DNA from: Octopus vulgaris
Lineage: Eukaryota
Assembly (NCBI GenBank): GCA_951406725.2
Contig: OX597830.1
Location: forward strand, 22,754,001 to 22,818,000
DNA: 64,000 nucleotides
Reading direction: 5' to 3'
Shown here: positions 13,560-25,464 of the stretch, in pieces
How positions within the stretch are numbered: position 1 is the stretch's first letter
How the letters are laid out: each line of letters starts with the position of its first letter
Translations under genes and position numbers: made by a program
Notes under the pieces: model-generated
Database searches by the model: none
Told to the model about the DNA's origin: nothing
What the model saw: the letters and a program-made list of their open reading frames with translations, nothing else

Positions 13560-14400
13560 GTATGTATGTATGTATGTATGTATGTATGTATGTATGTAGT
13601 GTATGTATGTATGTATGTATGAGTGTATGTATGTATGTATGTATGTATGTATGTATGTATGAGTGTATGTATGTATGTATGTATGTATGTGTGTATGTAT
13701 GTATGTATGTATGTATGTATGAGTGTATGTATGTATGTATGTATGTATGTATGTATGTATGTATGTATGTATGTATGTATGTATGTATGTATGTATGTAT
13801 GTATGTATGTATGTATGTATGTATGTATGTATGTATGTATGTATGTATGTGTATGTATGTATGTATGTATGTATGTATGTATGTATGTATGTATGTATGT
13901 ATGTATGTATGTATGTATGTATGTATGTATGTATGTATGTATGTATGTATGTATGTATGTGTGTATGTATGTATGTATGTATGTATGTATGTATGTATGT
14001 GTATGTATGTATGTATGTATGTATGTATGTATGTATGTATGTATGTATGTATGTATGTGTGTATGTATGTATGTATGTATGTATGTATGTATGTATGTAT
14101 GTATGTATGTATGTATGTATGTATGAGTGTATGTATGTATGTATGTATGTATGTATGTATGTATGTATGTATGTATGTATGTATGTATGTATGTAGTGTA
14201 TGTATGTATGTATGTATGTATGTATGTATGTATGTATGTATGTATGTATGTATGTATGTATGTATGAGTGTATGTATGTATGTATGTATGTATGTATGTA
14301 TGTATGTATGTATGTATGTATGTATGTATGTATGAGTGTATGTATGTATGTATGTATGTATGAGTGTATGTATGTATGTATGTATGTATGTATATACATA
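13560..14400. repeat. ~840 bp (TATG)n array with variant units
   Basis: Directly visible. Confidence 0.95.
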
Positions 14401-14756
14401 TGATATATATATATATATATATATCACATGTATATTCATATCTGCGTGTATCTCTTATACTTTTATGTTATAGTATATGTGTGAGACTATATGTGTCTGT
14501 GCAAGTGCTTATATGTGTGTACGATTCTCATTGCATGTGAATGCATTATGTATGTGTGTGTGTGTGCGCGCGTGATTCTAGCCAATATGTGTGTGTGTGT
14601 GTGTGTGTGTGTATTTACTTGCAATAAGACAGAAAGTCCTGAAGATATTTAAAAATGGGCAATGATCCAAAAAATGTGCAACACATGCGCACACATACAC
14701 ATACATACATACACAAAAACATTCTCTCACACACAGACACTCACGCACCAATACTG

Positions 14757-14802
<46 letters not shown>

Positions 14803-15045
14803 ATCTACTACCATTCTTCTAACCCCCACAGACATGAAAATATACGTAACAATTAAAGTCCAGTTATTCTCACACGCATGCACATATACATTCTGCTGCA
14901 TATGCTTATGCACACATGCGACCATATATATATTCACATGCGTAAGTATAACATCGAATCTTTTCCCATTGCAGTAGCGATATGCGTTCATGTATGGGGG
15001 TTTATATTGATATATAGTTATTTAATTATAATGCACATATACAAG

Positions 15046-15157
<112 letters not shown>

Positions 15158-15266
15158 AATATATTTATATATATATATATATAAGTATATGTATATATGT
15201 ATTCACTTATATTTATATATCGTCATTATTTCTATCACCAGTGTATATATATATGTGTGTGTGTGT

Positions 15267-15303
<37 letters not shown>

Positions 15304-16027
15304 CGCGTGTATATCTATAAATTTTTGTATATACTCTTATCTTTTTGTTCCTCCCTTTATATATGCACACTTACTCTCACACAGTGTACGAACTCATGTT
15401 TCATGATATAGGCCGTTTGTGTCAATACATCATTAATTTCAAGTTTCATTTTTACTTTATGATAAACAATCATCAGTTGACAAAATCGACCAGTTTTCCC
15501 AAATATTAACGGGTTGTTATTCGGCTGAGTTTCAACAATTGCATTTTAGGCAAACATAAAAAAAAAATGTGAAATATTATACGACGAAGCAGAAGGACTT
15601 AAAAACTATAACTAAGAAGGTGGAGAGTGGTGATAAAATACAATTATAGGGAAAGACATATGAAAGAATTGAGAGTAAAACTGAAGTGGGAAATGTATAT
15701 GTAATCGTTCCAGCTAAACAGTCAAGTATTGATCCAGTGACTGTTTCAGGTGGTATTTGTCCAAGTGGCGATATTTATTGAAGTCCTCTCATCTAACTAG
15801 ACAGTTTGCAGACAAATTAAAATTATTGAATGTGAGTTCTTCTCAGCTATGAATAAACTCTCACTTTCTGCAACATTTACGTGTAGTTTCTCTCACTGAG
15901 GAAGCTTCTGCTGTATGTCTTTGTGCTAATGTGATACGTCGTTTAGCTGGTGGTGAGTTGACAAGGAAGAAACATTCAAATCATTGACAGAAAAAATGTC
16001 TTGTATGCAATTTAGCTATTTGTGAGT

Positions 16028-16069
<42 letters not shown>

Positions 16070-17698
16070 GTTTGTGTGTATGCGATACACGTATGCATTT
16101 GGGCATATCAATATCTATCTATGAATTTATGCACAACTCTTTCTGTGTCAGTCTCTCACCCCATCCCCTCCCTCCCTCTATATATGTACATACAACTATA
16201 TATTATATATATCCATACATATGAGTATGTATATCTATGTATACCTACGTATATCTATGTATATATATGTATGTATATCTATGTATATATCTATGTATAT
16301 CTATGTATACATACACACATGCACACACATACACGCACACACACACGCGCACACACACACACACATATACGTACATACATATGTATGTACATATATGTGT
16401 GTATATTATATATATACGTGTGTGCATACATCTATACAACATAAATCTTTGTACACGTATTCATATAATATACACACATATATGTATATACATTCGCAGA
16501 GGAAGAGTATGAAAGGGAGAGAGAGACAGAGAAACTGGGTAGTTATTTATAATACATATATATGTATCGCTATGTGTGTTTTTGTATATTTGTATGCGAG
16601 TGTGATTTCATACATGAATGTGTGAGTGTGTGTGTGTGTGGGTGCGTGCGTGCGTGTATACATATATGCACAACGAATGAAAAGAGTTTTGTACGAATTG
16701 AAACAACACAGATCTAGCAACAAACATTGCAATTATTATGAAAGTATGAACCTATAAACAACACAATGCGCCTTTTTTTTAAATTATTCAATATGGCTGC
16801 CAGCAATTTTTTTTTTCTTATGACCTCACTCTTACGCCATAGAAGTGAATTGATACCATTTCACAACATGTCGTCAGGAATTTGTGCACACATATATCTT
16901 GTTTTTGTAAATTTTTGTTCGCATGGGATTTTTAAAATGTGAGGGGAATTGAAGAAATATGTTCGACAATGACACACTACAAAATAACATGAACATAAAA
17001 ACGGAGCCATTTTCCGCTGCTACTTTTTACTCTCTCTCTCTCTCTCTCTTTACTGCCTTTCGTGTTATTTTGCAAACAACCTCGGTTCTGTTGGCTAGTA
17101 TTGTTGACACATTGTTGTTGACACTTTGCAGCTGTTGTTGTTGGTGTTGTAATAACAATAACAATAACAATTATTATTATTTCTGTGTTCCCTATAATTG
17201 TAAGTTTTGAAATGTCATCTGGTTTCAGTTTTTCTCTTTTCGCTTTACTCTGTCAACATGGCGTCAGTGAAAACTAAAGACATCGTCTGCATTCAAATTG
17301 AAATTGGTCGTGTGGTACAACTGCCGAAACGTCAATTATTTTGAGGGGTAACTACTAATATACTAACTGTGTAAATGCATTTGCCTATCTCACCAGCAAT
17401 CACTTCTTTTGCATCATTTCGCTTAGCATCTTCTCTCTTATTTTCTATTTACTCCTATTGTCTCTCTATTGACTCTCTTTCACTTTCCCACTTTCTCTCT
17501 ATGTTTCCCTCACTACCCCACCTCTCTCTCTCTCGGTATATATTTAATATTTTCTAGCAATGCTTATCTGCGGAAGATAAATTACACGAGAAATTGTTCA
17601 TGGGCATATCTATACATCTGAGTTTAGGAGCTCCAGTCTATGTATGTATGTATGTATGTATGTATGTATGTATGTATGTATGTATGTATGTATGTATG

Positions 17699-17735
<37 letters not shown>

Positions 17736-17850
17736 GTTTGTCTGTCTGTCTGTTTGTCTACCTGCCTGCCTGCTTGCCTGTCTGTCTGTCTCTCCTGCCT
17801 GTCTGTCTGTCTCTCTCTTTGTCCCCCCCCTCTCTATAGCTTAGCTTCCC

Positions 17851-18110
17851 TCAGATAAGAGCAATAATTCTGAAACTAGTCTCTGAAAGCTGGCTTCGCT
17901 GGGTGGAGGTGCTTATCTCCCCTGTTTGAAAACATAAGGACACAGAACGATTGTGTCACACAGCCAATTGGAAATGGTATTTCCTGGGGCTAAATCGCAG
18001 TAGCATTCTTTTTTTTCCTGGGACTGCCACATTAAGTTCGCAACGTAACATTACCTTATCATGCTGCTACTGTATAAATCTCTCGAGAGATTTAGAAATG
18101 CAATATTTCT
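17851..18110 (+). mobile_element. Penelope-like pLTR-type repeat with core-deleted hammerhead
   Basis: Homologous to 23026-23239(-) and 23352-23600(+); tcaga..agag caataa ttct GAAA ctag TC tctga keeps stems I-III but lacks most of CTGATGA. Confidence 0.65.
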
Positions 18111-18125
18111 AATTTTATATATATA

Positions 18126-18376
18126 GGCTTAGGAGTGGCTGTGTGGTAAGTAGCTTGCTTACTAACGACATGATTCCGGGTTCAGTCCGGGTTCAAGCCG
18201 ACCAAAGCTTGACAACCGATGCTGGTGTGTTTACGTCACCGTAACTTGAAGGTTCGGCAAAAGAGACCGACAAAATAAGTACTTGACTTATAAAGAATAA
18301 GTCCTGGGGTCGTTTTGTTCAACGAAAGGTGTTGCTCCAGCATGGCCACAGTCAAATGACTGAAACAAGTAAAAGT
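18126..18376 (+). mobile_element. SINE family A, internally deleted
   Basis: Head joined directly to the right half; internal microsatellite missing. Confidence 0.8.
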
Positions 18377-18396
18377 ATATATATATATATATATAC

Positions 18397-18561
18397 CTTT
18401 TACTTGTTTCAGTCATTAGACTGCGGCCATGCTGGGGCTAGCACTTATCTTTTATTTAAACCTGATACTAATTCTATCGGCCTCTTATTTCCCGAACTGC
18501 AAAGTTAGGGAGACGTACACACACCAACACCGGTTGTCAAGCATTATGATACACACACACG

Positions 18562-18618
<57 letters not shown>

Positions 18619-18783
18619 ATATATGATGAGCTTCTTTCAGTTTCCATCTACCAGATCCACTCACAAGGCGTTGGTCGATCCGAGGCTCTAGTAGAAGACA
18701 CTCAAGCTGCCATGAAGTGGGTCTGAACCCAGAACCACGTGCTTACGAAGTAAGCTTCTTAACGCACAGCCACGCCTGCCCCT
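18397..18783 (-). mobile_element. SINE family A (diverged), tail-to-tail with the previous copy
   Basis: Reverse complement of family A; separated from 18126-18376 by only (TA)n. Confidence 0.8.
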
Positions 18784-18805
18784 ATTTATATATATACCAT
18801 ACAAG

Positions 18806-19018
18806 AAGGCGGCGAACTGGCAGAATCGTTAGCACGCCGGGGGAAATGCTCAGCAGTATTTCGTCTGCCGCTACGTTCTGAGTTCAAATTCTGCCGAGGT
18901 TGACTTTGCCTTTCTTCCTTTCGGGGTCGATAAATTAAGTACCAGTTGCGTACCGGGGTCGATCTAATTGACTGTCCCCTACCCCAAAATTTCGGGCCTT
19001 GTGCATAGAGTAGAAAAG
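18806..19018 (+). mobile_element. SINE family B (tail type 1)
   Basis: aaggcggcgaactggcagaatcgttagc...gagttcaaattc...ttgactttgcctttcttcctttcggggtcgataaattaagtaccag...ggccttgtgcatagagtagaaaag. Confidence 0.9.
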
Positions 19019-19164
19019 TATATATAGCAGACAAGGGATCCACTTATTGGTCTCTCCTCGAATTTACATCTAAATATAATTCATGGTCCCTGGACTTTTT
19101 TAAAGTATGCTGAAATTGATATTATTTAATAATATTAATTGCTACTCTTATTATTTACATATAA

Positions 19165-19204
<40 letters not shown>

Positions 19205-19237
19205 ATATTTATGTGTGTGTGTATGTGTGTATCTATG

Positions 19238-19300
<63 letters not shown>

Positions 19301-19589
19301 AGTTATATACGTATATATATATGTGGCCTAGTGATTGGGGTGTCGCATTCGAAATCGCAAAGTCGTGGTTTCGATTCCCGGAACAGACAGTGCGGCGTTG
19401 TGTTCTTGCGTGTTCTTGAGCAACACAACGTAGCTCGAGTCAACTCAACTGTAATCAAATAACCCTGCGGCTGACTGGTATCCCCTTCAAGAGTGCTGTT
19501 GTGATCTCGGTCACGTATATGCCTTTGGGACCGGGTAACCGACTCTATGAGTCCAAAAACCTATTCTTGCTATAAAAAAAAACATCTAA

Positions 19590-19675
<86 letters not shown>

Positions 19676-19744
19676 CAAGTATGTATAGATACATATTTGT
19701 ACTTATATGTATGTTTGATATATATATATTTCTGTAAGTATATT

Positions 19745-20015
19745 GTTTGTTCCATCTCGAACCATGCTTGGCTCATTAGGGCCGGTTTCCCGGTTTCCTT
19801 GGCGTATAGGTTCCCCACCTGGACGGGACGCCGGTCCGTCGCAGGTGAGCTGCAAGAGGAAAGAGTGAGAGAAAGTTGTAGCGAAAGAGTCAGCAGAAGT
19901 TCGCCATTACCTTCTGCCGGAGCTTTGGTGTCTCGCTCATAAACACACCCATCGCCCGGTCTGAGATTCGAACCCGCGATCCCTCGACTGCGAGTCGGCT
20001 GCTCTAACTACTAAG

Positions 20016-20018
<3 letters not shown>
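19745..20018 (-). mobile_element. SINE family C (variant C2)
   Basis: Reverse complement of the copy at 51849-52147. Confidence 0.85.
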
Positions 20019-20071
<53 letters not shown>

Positions 20072-20639
20072 ACACACACACATATGTATGTATGTATTTA
20101 AATGTATACGTATACATTTATGTAAATATATTTCTCTGTGAGTGTATGTATGTGCATATATATATATATATATATATACATAAACACACACACACATTAT
20201 TTAAGCACTATGAAGTAGGCAAGCTTTTGTGTGTTTCCCAGGTGTGTGTAACAGCAATGTTTAATTAACTGATGATCAAATTACCGCTGATCAAACAAGT
20301 TCCTTTATTTTTTACGGTACAGTTGTTATGGTACTGGTTATTTATATTGCCTTTGTATTATCCAAAGCTGTTTTAATCCTAAGGTGTTTTTTTGTGTGTC
20401 TTTTTGTGTGTGTGTGTGTGAAATATGCACTGTGTGGGTTGGTTAAATTAATTTATTTGTCAGGGCTCTAAGTAAAATGCATATTAGTGTTATTAAGGGT
20501 AAAAGGGGTGGACTATGTGCAATTTCGCGAGCCTCTTCCAAAGCTGATTATGTCTCTGTTCACGCTTTCTTTCTTTCATACCGACTCGCCAATTATGTTA
20601 TCGGTATTGTCTATTGTCCATTGGAATCTCATTAACCAC

Positions 20640-20670
<31 letters not shown>

Positions 20671-20990
20671 CCACCTCCTCCTCCTCCTCCTCCTCCACCA
20701 CCACCACCACTTTTTCCTTGTCTTCCTCCACCACCACCTTTTCCTCGTCTTCTTCCTTCGCCTTCCCATCTTCCCTTCCTCCCCTGCTCTCCTCCTCCCC
20801 TCCTCATCTAGCCCCCCTCCCCCTTCATCTCCTCCTCATCTAGCCCCCTCCTCCCCACCGCACCCTCATCTAACCCTCTCCTCTCCTTCCCTTCCCTCCT
20901 CCCTCATCTAGCCCTCCTCCTGCTCATCCCCTTCCTCCTCCCTTCATCCTCCATCTCCTTCTCTCCTCCTCTTCCTCTCTTCTTATCATC
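20640..20990. repeat. Polypyrimidine (CTT/CCT) low-complexity tract with a repeated cctcatctagccc motif
   Basis: Directly visible. Confidence 0.85.
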
Positions 20991-22032
20991 CTTTATTGTT
21001 TTCATTTTCAGGGTCTTTTGTTCATCGCTATTTGTTTCTATAAAACCTGTTTAAGATCGATATTTTTGGTTTGGCAAAAAAATGATCGATATGGCTATCA
21101 GAGCGTAAGCCATTCATTTATTCATTTGTGGTTTTCATTATAATATTTGAGCGATTCGTGTTTGTCTCTTCGTCGGTGCGAACTGTTCTGTCCCAGAATA
21201 GTATATACCTTCATCGTTGCTATACATCGAATGTTGTGTGTGTGTGTGTGTGTCTGTGTGCTTGTGTGAGTGTGTGTATGTCTGTATGCTTGTGTGTGTC
21301 TATGTGTGTATGTATGTACGTGTGTGTCTCTGTGCATGTGAACCTCTTTGTGTGAGTGTGTGCATGCGTGTGTGTGTGTGTGTCCCGCTATGCAAGTGCC
21401 TCTGTCTGTGTGTATGCGAGTATGTGCGTGTTTCAGTGTGTGTGTGTTTGTGTGTACTTATGTGTGTATGTATATGTGTGCATATGTGCATGTGCACTTG
21501 TGTGCGTTTGCCCCGTGTGTACGTGTGTATGTATGTGTGTGTGCCCTTCTCTTTGGGTATGTGCATGTGTGTGCCTGTGTGTGCCTCTCTGTGTGTACCT
21601 GTGTGTGTATATGTGTAGTGTGCTGTGTATGTGTATATGTGTAGTGTGCATTTGTGTATATGCACATGTATGTCTGTGTGTGCATCCGTATGTACATGTG
21701 TGTGGGTATGCCCTTCTCTTTGTGTATGTGCATGTGTGTGCTTATGTGTGTGTATATTATGTGTTGTGTGTGTGTGTGTGTGCTTGTGTGTGTATGTGTA
21801 ACTTTGTGGGTGCCTCTGTGTGTGCGTGTGTATGTATATGTGTACATATGTGTATGTGCACCTGTATGTGTGTGTGCCTCTGTGTGTATGTGTTTGCGTG
21901 TGCCTCTGTGTGTATGTATGTGTGTGCCCTTCTCTTTGGGTATGTGCGTATGTGCCCCTCTGTGTGTATGTATGGGTGTGCGTGCCTGTGTGTGCACGTG
22001 TATCTTTGTGGGTGTCTCTATATGTGTGTGTA

Positions 22033-22064
<32 letters not shown>

Positions 22065-22319
22065 CGTGCCGCTCTGTTCGTATGTCTGTGTGCCTCTGCG
22101 TGTGTGTGTCCGTGTGTGTATGCCTCTCTCTGTGTATTATGTGTGTGTTTATAAGTATTAATGCCATATAATATCTCTCGGCTCGTAAACGTATCGGTTT
22201 GAGCATCACACGATATTACTTGCCTCTTCTCCACGTGCCCGTGGCGTATGGCGTAGTGGTTGAGAGCGCGGGCTACTAACCCCAAGATTCCGAGTTCGAT
22301 TCCAAGCAGTGACCTGAAC

Positions 22320-22361
<42 letters not shown>

Positions 22362-22363
<2 letters not shown>

Positions 22364-22666
22364 GGGGCTGATTGCTACCTAACTCAGATACCAGGAAACC
22401 CCAAAATGGCAGAAATTCTAAAGATAGTGCTCATGGGAACTGCTCATATCCTACGCAAAATACTCTCTATGTAATCCCAAGGTTTAAAACAAACTTTCTT
22501 TTAAAAATTTATTTATTAGACATTCACTAGTACAACACCCCCCCCCCCAAATATATGGCACACTAGGCATAACAACAACGTGAACTTCCAACCTGTTGTC
22601 TCTTGAGGTCTCTGGGTGAGACTTGGAGCCAACTTGTACAAACATAAAGCAAAAGTCAAACATAGA
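22362..22666 (+). mobile_element. 5'-truncated R4/Dong-type (RLE) non-LTR retrotransposon 3' end inserted in (TAA)n
   Basis: 22364-22474 reads GADCYLTQIPGNPKMAEILKIVLMGTAHILRKILSM*, matching the R4/Dong C-terminal LxGTAxILRKxL motif; flanked on both sides by (AAT)n. Confidence 0.75.
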
Positions 22667-22774
22667 ATAATAATAATAATAACAACAACAACAACAATAA
22701 TTAATAATAATAATAACAACAACAACATCGAAAAATACCTTAGGAATGAGAACCCAGGTTCGAAATCACCCCAA

Positions 22775-22820
22775 GACACCTGAAGAAGGCTGGAGGGTAT
22801 ATCAGCCGAAACGTTGTGTT
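22775..22820 (+). ncRNA. Minimal type I hammerhead ribozyme motif (dimer-type stem III)
   Basis: gacac-CTGAAGA-a-ggctg[gagggtatat]cagcc-GAAA-cg-TT-gtgtt: stem I 5 bp (one G.U), stem II 5 bp, stem III only the palindrome ACGT; cleavage triplet GUU. Confidence 0.6.
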
Positions 22821-23025
22821 TACAACAAATAAGATGAGGACAAATATCCGTCGAATGTAAATAATATAAATAATATTAATAATGTTGACCTGTTGGACTC
22901 TACTTTTTCTTTTCGAACAAGCAGGGGAATGTCTACGTTGTTGCTCGACCAGCTAAAACTAGTTGGCAAATATACCACAAAATACACTACTAACTTTTGG
23001 TTCTTTTAGACATAGATAAATCTAA

Positions 23026-23245
23026 ATAAAGTGATGGTTTGTTGCCAACTTAATGTGGCAGTCCCAGGAAAGGGAAGAATGCTACTGCTATTTAGCCCTA
23101 GGAAACACCGTTTCTAGTTGGCCATGTGACATAATCGTTCTGTGTCCTTATGTTTTCAAACAGGGGAGATAAATACCTCCACCCAGCAAAGCCAGCAACC
23201 AGAGACTAGTTTCAGAGTCAATGCTCTTCATCAGTCTGGAGTAGC
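23026..23245 (-). mobile_element. Penelope-like pLTR-type repeat, left arm of an inverted pair
   Basis: Reverse complement of 23352-23548 and homologous to 17851-18110; carries an intact HHR. Confidence 0.7.
23199..23239 (-). ncRNA. Canonical minimal type I hammerhead ribozyme
   Basis: Minus strand ccaga-CTGATGA-agag[cattga]ctct-GAAA-ctag-TC-tctgg: perfect 5-bp stem I, 4-bp stem II, all core nucleotides, palindromic ACTAGT stem III, GUC triplet. Confidence 0.8.
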
Positions 23246-23351
23246 TTGACTTGCTAGCTGTCGATACTTATTCACATTGGAAAACATAGATTTCAAGTGG
23301 AATAAATTCACTGATCTACAAAATTAGAAATGGTGATGGTTAAAGATCAAC

Positions 23352-23593
23352 GACTCTGAAACTAGTCTCGAGATGCTAGCTTTGCTGGGGGTGGTGGTGC
23401 TTATCTCCCCTGTTTGAAAACATAAGGACACGGAACGATTGTGTCACACGGCCAACTGGAAACGGTATTTCCTGGGGCTAAATCGCAGTAGCATTCTTCC
23501 CTTTCCTGGAGACTGCCACATTAAGTTGGCAACAAACTATCACTTTATCGTGCTGCTACAGTATAAGTCTCTTTAAGAAATTTAGAAATGCAA

Positions 23594-23600
<7 letters not shown>
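23352..23600 (+). mobile_element. Penelope-like pLTR-type repeat, right arm, starting inside the hammerhead
   Basis: Begins gactctGAAActagTCtc (3' half of the HHR), colinear with 17870-18110, ends at (TA)n. Confidence 0.7.
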
Positions 23601-23654
<54 letters not shown>

Positions 23655-23696
23655 CAATAATAATTCTCTAAAAGGGATATAGACAGTAACTGCTCG

Positions 23697-23963
23697 ATAA
23701 CATAAGGGACTAAAGCCATCTGAATATGGCTAGGGACAGGGCAGGTGGGGTGTTACTGTTGCATTTAGCCCCAGGCGAACATCGACGTCACCAGAAAGGC
23801 TCGACACCGTCACGGTGCCCTAAACCTGCAAAGATCGGGGAATTACCTCCCTTTGCAGGTTTAGGGCACCGTGACGGTGTCGAGCCTTTCTGGTGACGTC
23901 GATATATACCCCCACCACCCTGCCCTGTCCCTAGCCATATTCAGATTTAGTCCCTTATGTTAT
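23697..23963. repeat. Long fold-back inverted repeat (53-bp perfect inner stem plus outer arms)
   Basis: 23781-23833 is the exact reverse complement of 23851-23903 (17-nt loop); 23718-23745 pairs with 23919-23946 and 23697-23713 with 23947-23963. Confidence 0.95.
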
Positions 23964-24294
23964 ATATATATATATATATATATATGAATTTATATAAATC
24001 GGAAGTTTTCGGTTGGAACTCTTTTGATTATAGATCTACTGAATCCTCTTTCTTTATCTTATTCCCAGGAATATCGCGCATCCTATTTTTAGCATTATTA
24101 CTTATTATATATATATATATATATATTCAAATAGCGGTTTGAGTTTGGCTGCTCTTTCTAGTGAGTCGAATGTCCTATTATGGCCATTCCTTATATTGTT
24201 GAACGTATATTATATAGTCTTTGACTATCCTTTCTTTCTCACTGGACCGCTGGTAGCGGAGAATTTTTTCTAGAATTTTTGCTACCCTTATATT

Positions 24295-24414
<120 letters not shown>

Positions 24415-24457
24415 TGTATATACACCCACGCATGCGTCGTTATATGAATTATATATG

Positions 24458-24509
<52 letters not shown>

Positions 24510-24534
24510 ATAATATAATAATATGTATATGTAG

Positions 24535-24567
<33 letters not shown>

Positions 24568-25037
24568 CATACATGTTCCTTTATTAGGTTAATCAGTCTA
24601 ATATATACATGTATTTTATTTTCCCTTTCGTTTTCTCAGTACTTTTCTAGACCCGCTGTACTACTTGTAGTTACTTTCTGATAATCTTCTGTTTACATAA
24701 GACTTCTTCCTTCCATAGAGGTTACTTTATAATAAACCTTTATTTATATAATACCTCCACCCCTCCCGCCTTTCCTCCCCAAACAGAGTTACTATGCAAT
24801 AATTCTCTATTTGTATAAATATCCTTTCTCCTTCGTCTCTGTGTGTGTGTGTGTGTGTGTGTGTCATTGCTATAATTCTGTCTTTACCAGATTTGGGTTG
24901 GTGGATTCAGAATACACGGTTAGTGCAGTTCATATATTATATTATTTTTTCCTGGTTTTCCTATCCAGGCTCTTCCGTTCGTCTTATATTCCAATTTATT
25001 ATGTTGGAGCTGAGCTATAGTTTTATAACTGCGTTAG

Positions 25038-25093
<56 letters not shown>

Positions 25094-25303
25094 CATACAT
25101 ACATACATACATACATACATACATACATACATACATACATACATACATACATGCATACATACATATATATATGTGTGCGTGTGATTGTGTGTCTCTATAT
25201 ACTATATATATATATATTCCTACATAAATACATACCTACCAACATACAAGTATATGTCCAGTCACGAACACACATGTATAATCGTATGTATATGTTTGTA
25301 TAT

Positions 25304-25363
<60 letters not shown>

Positions 25364-25420
25364 GTACATAAATATATGCATACACACATACATATGTGCA
25401 TACATACATATATACGTACA

Positions 25421-25464
<44 letters not shown>

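Larger units (their letters stand above)
22240..22870 (+). mobile_element. tRNA-headed element (family F) with internal (AAT)/(AAC)n and a 3' hammerhead motif, interrupted by an R4/Dong fragment
   Basis: A box TGGCGTAGTGG 22249-59, anticodon-like arm gggctactaaccc, B box GAGTTCGATTCC 22292-303; after the microsatellite, ggttcgaaatcacc and the HHR at 22775-22820. Confidence 0.65.

Noticed and set aside
9075-14439. Long MYVC/HTYI ORFs up to 307 aa
   Set aside because: Translations of (TATG)n and (CA)n microsatellites
22243-22315. tRNA-like sequences here and at SINE heads as genuine tRNA genes
   Set aside because: No acceptor stem closure; each continues into a repeat body
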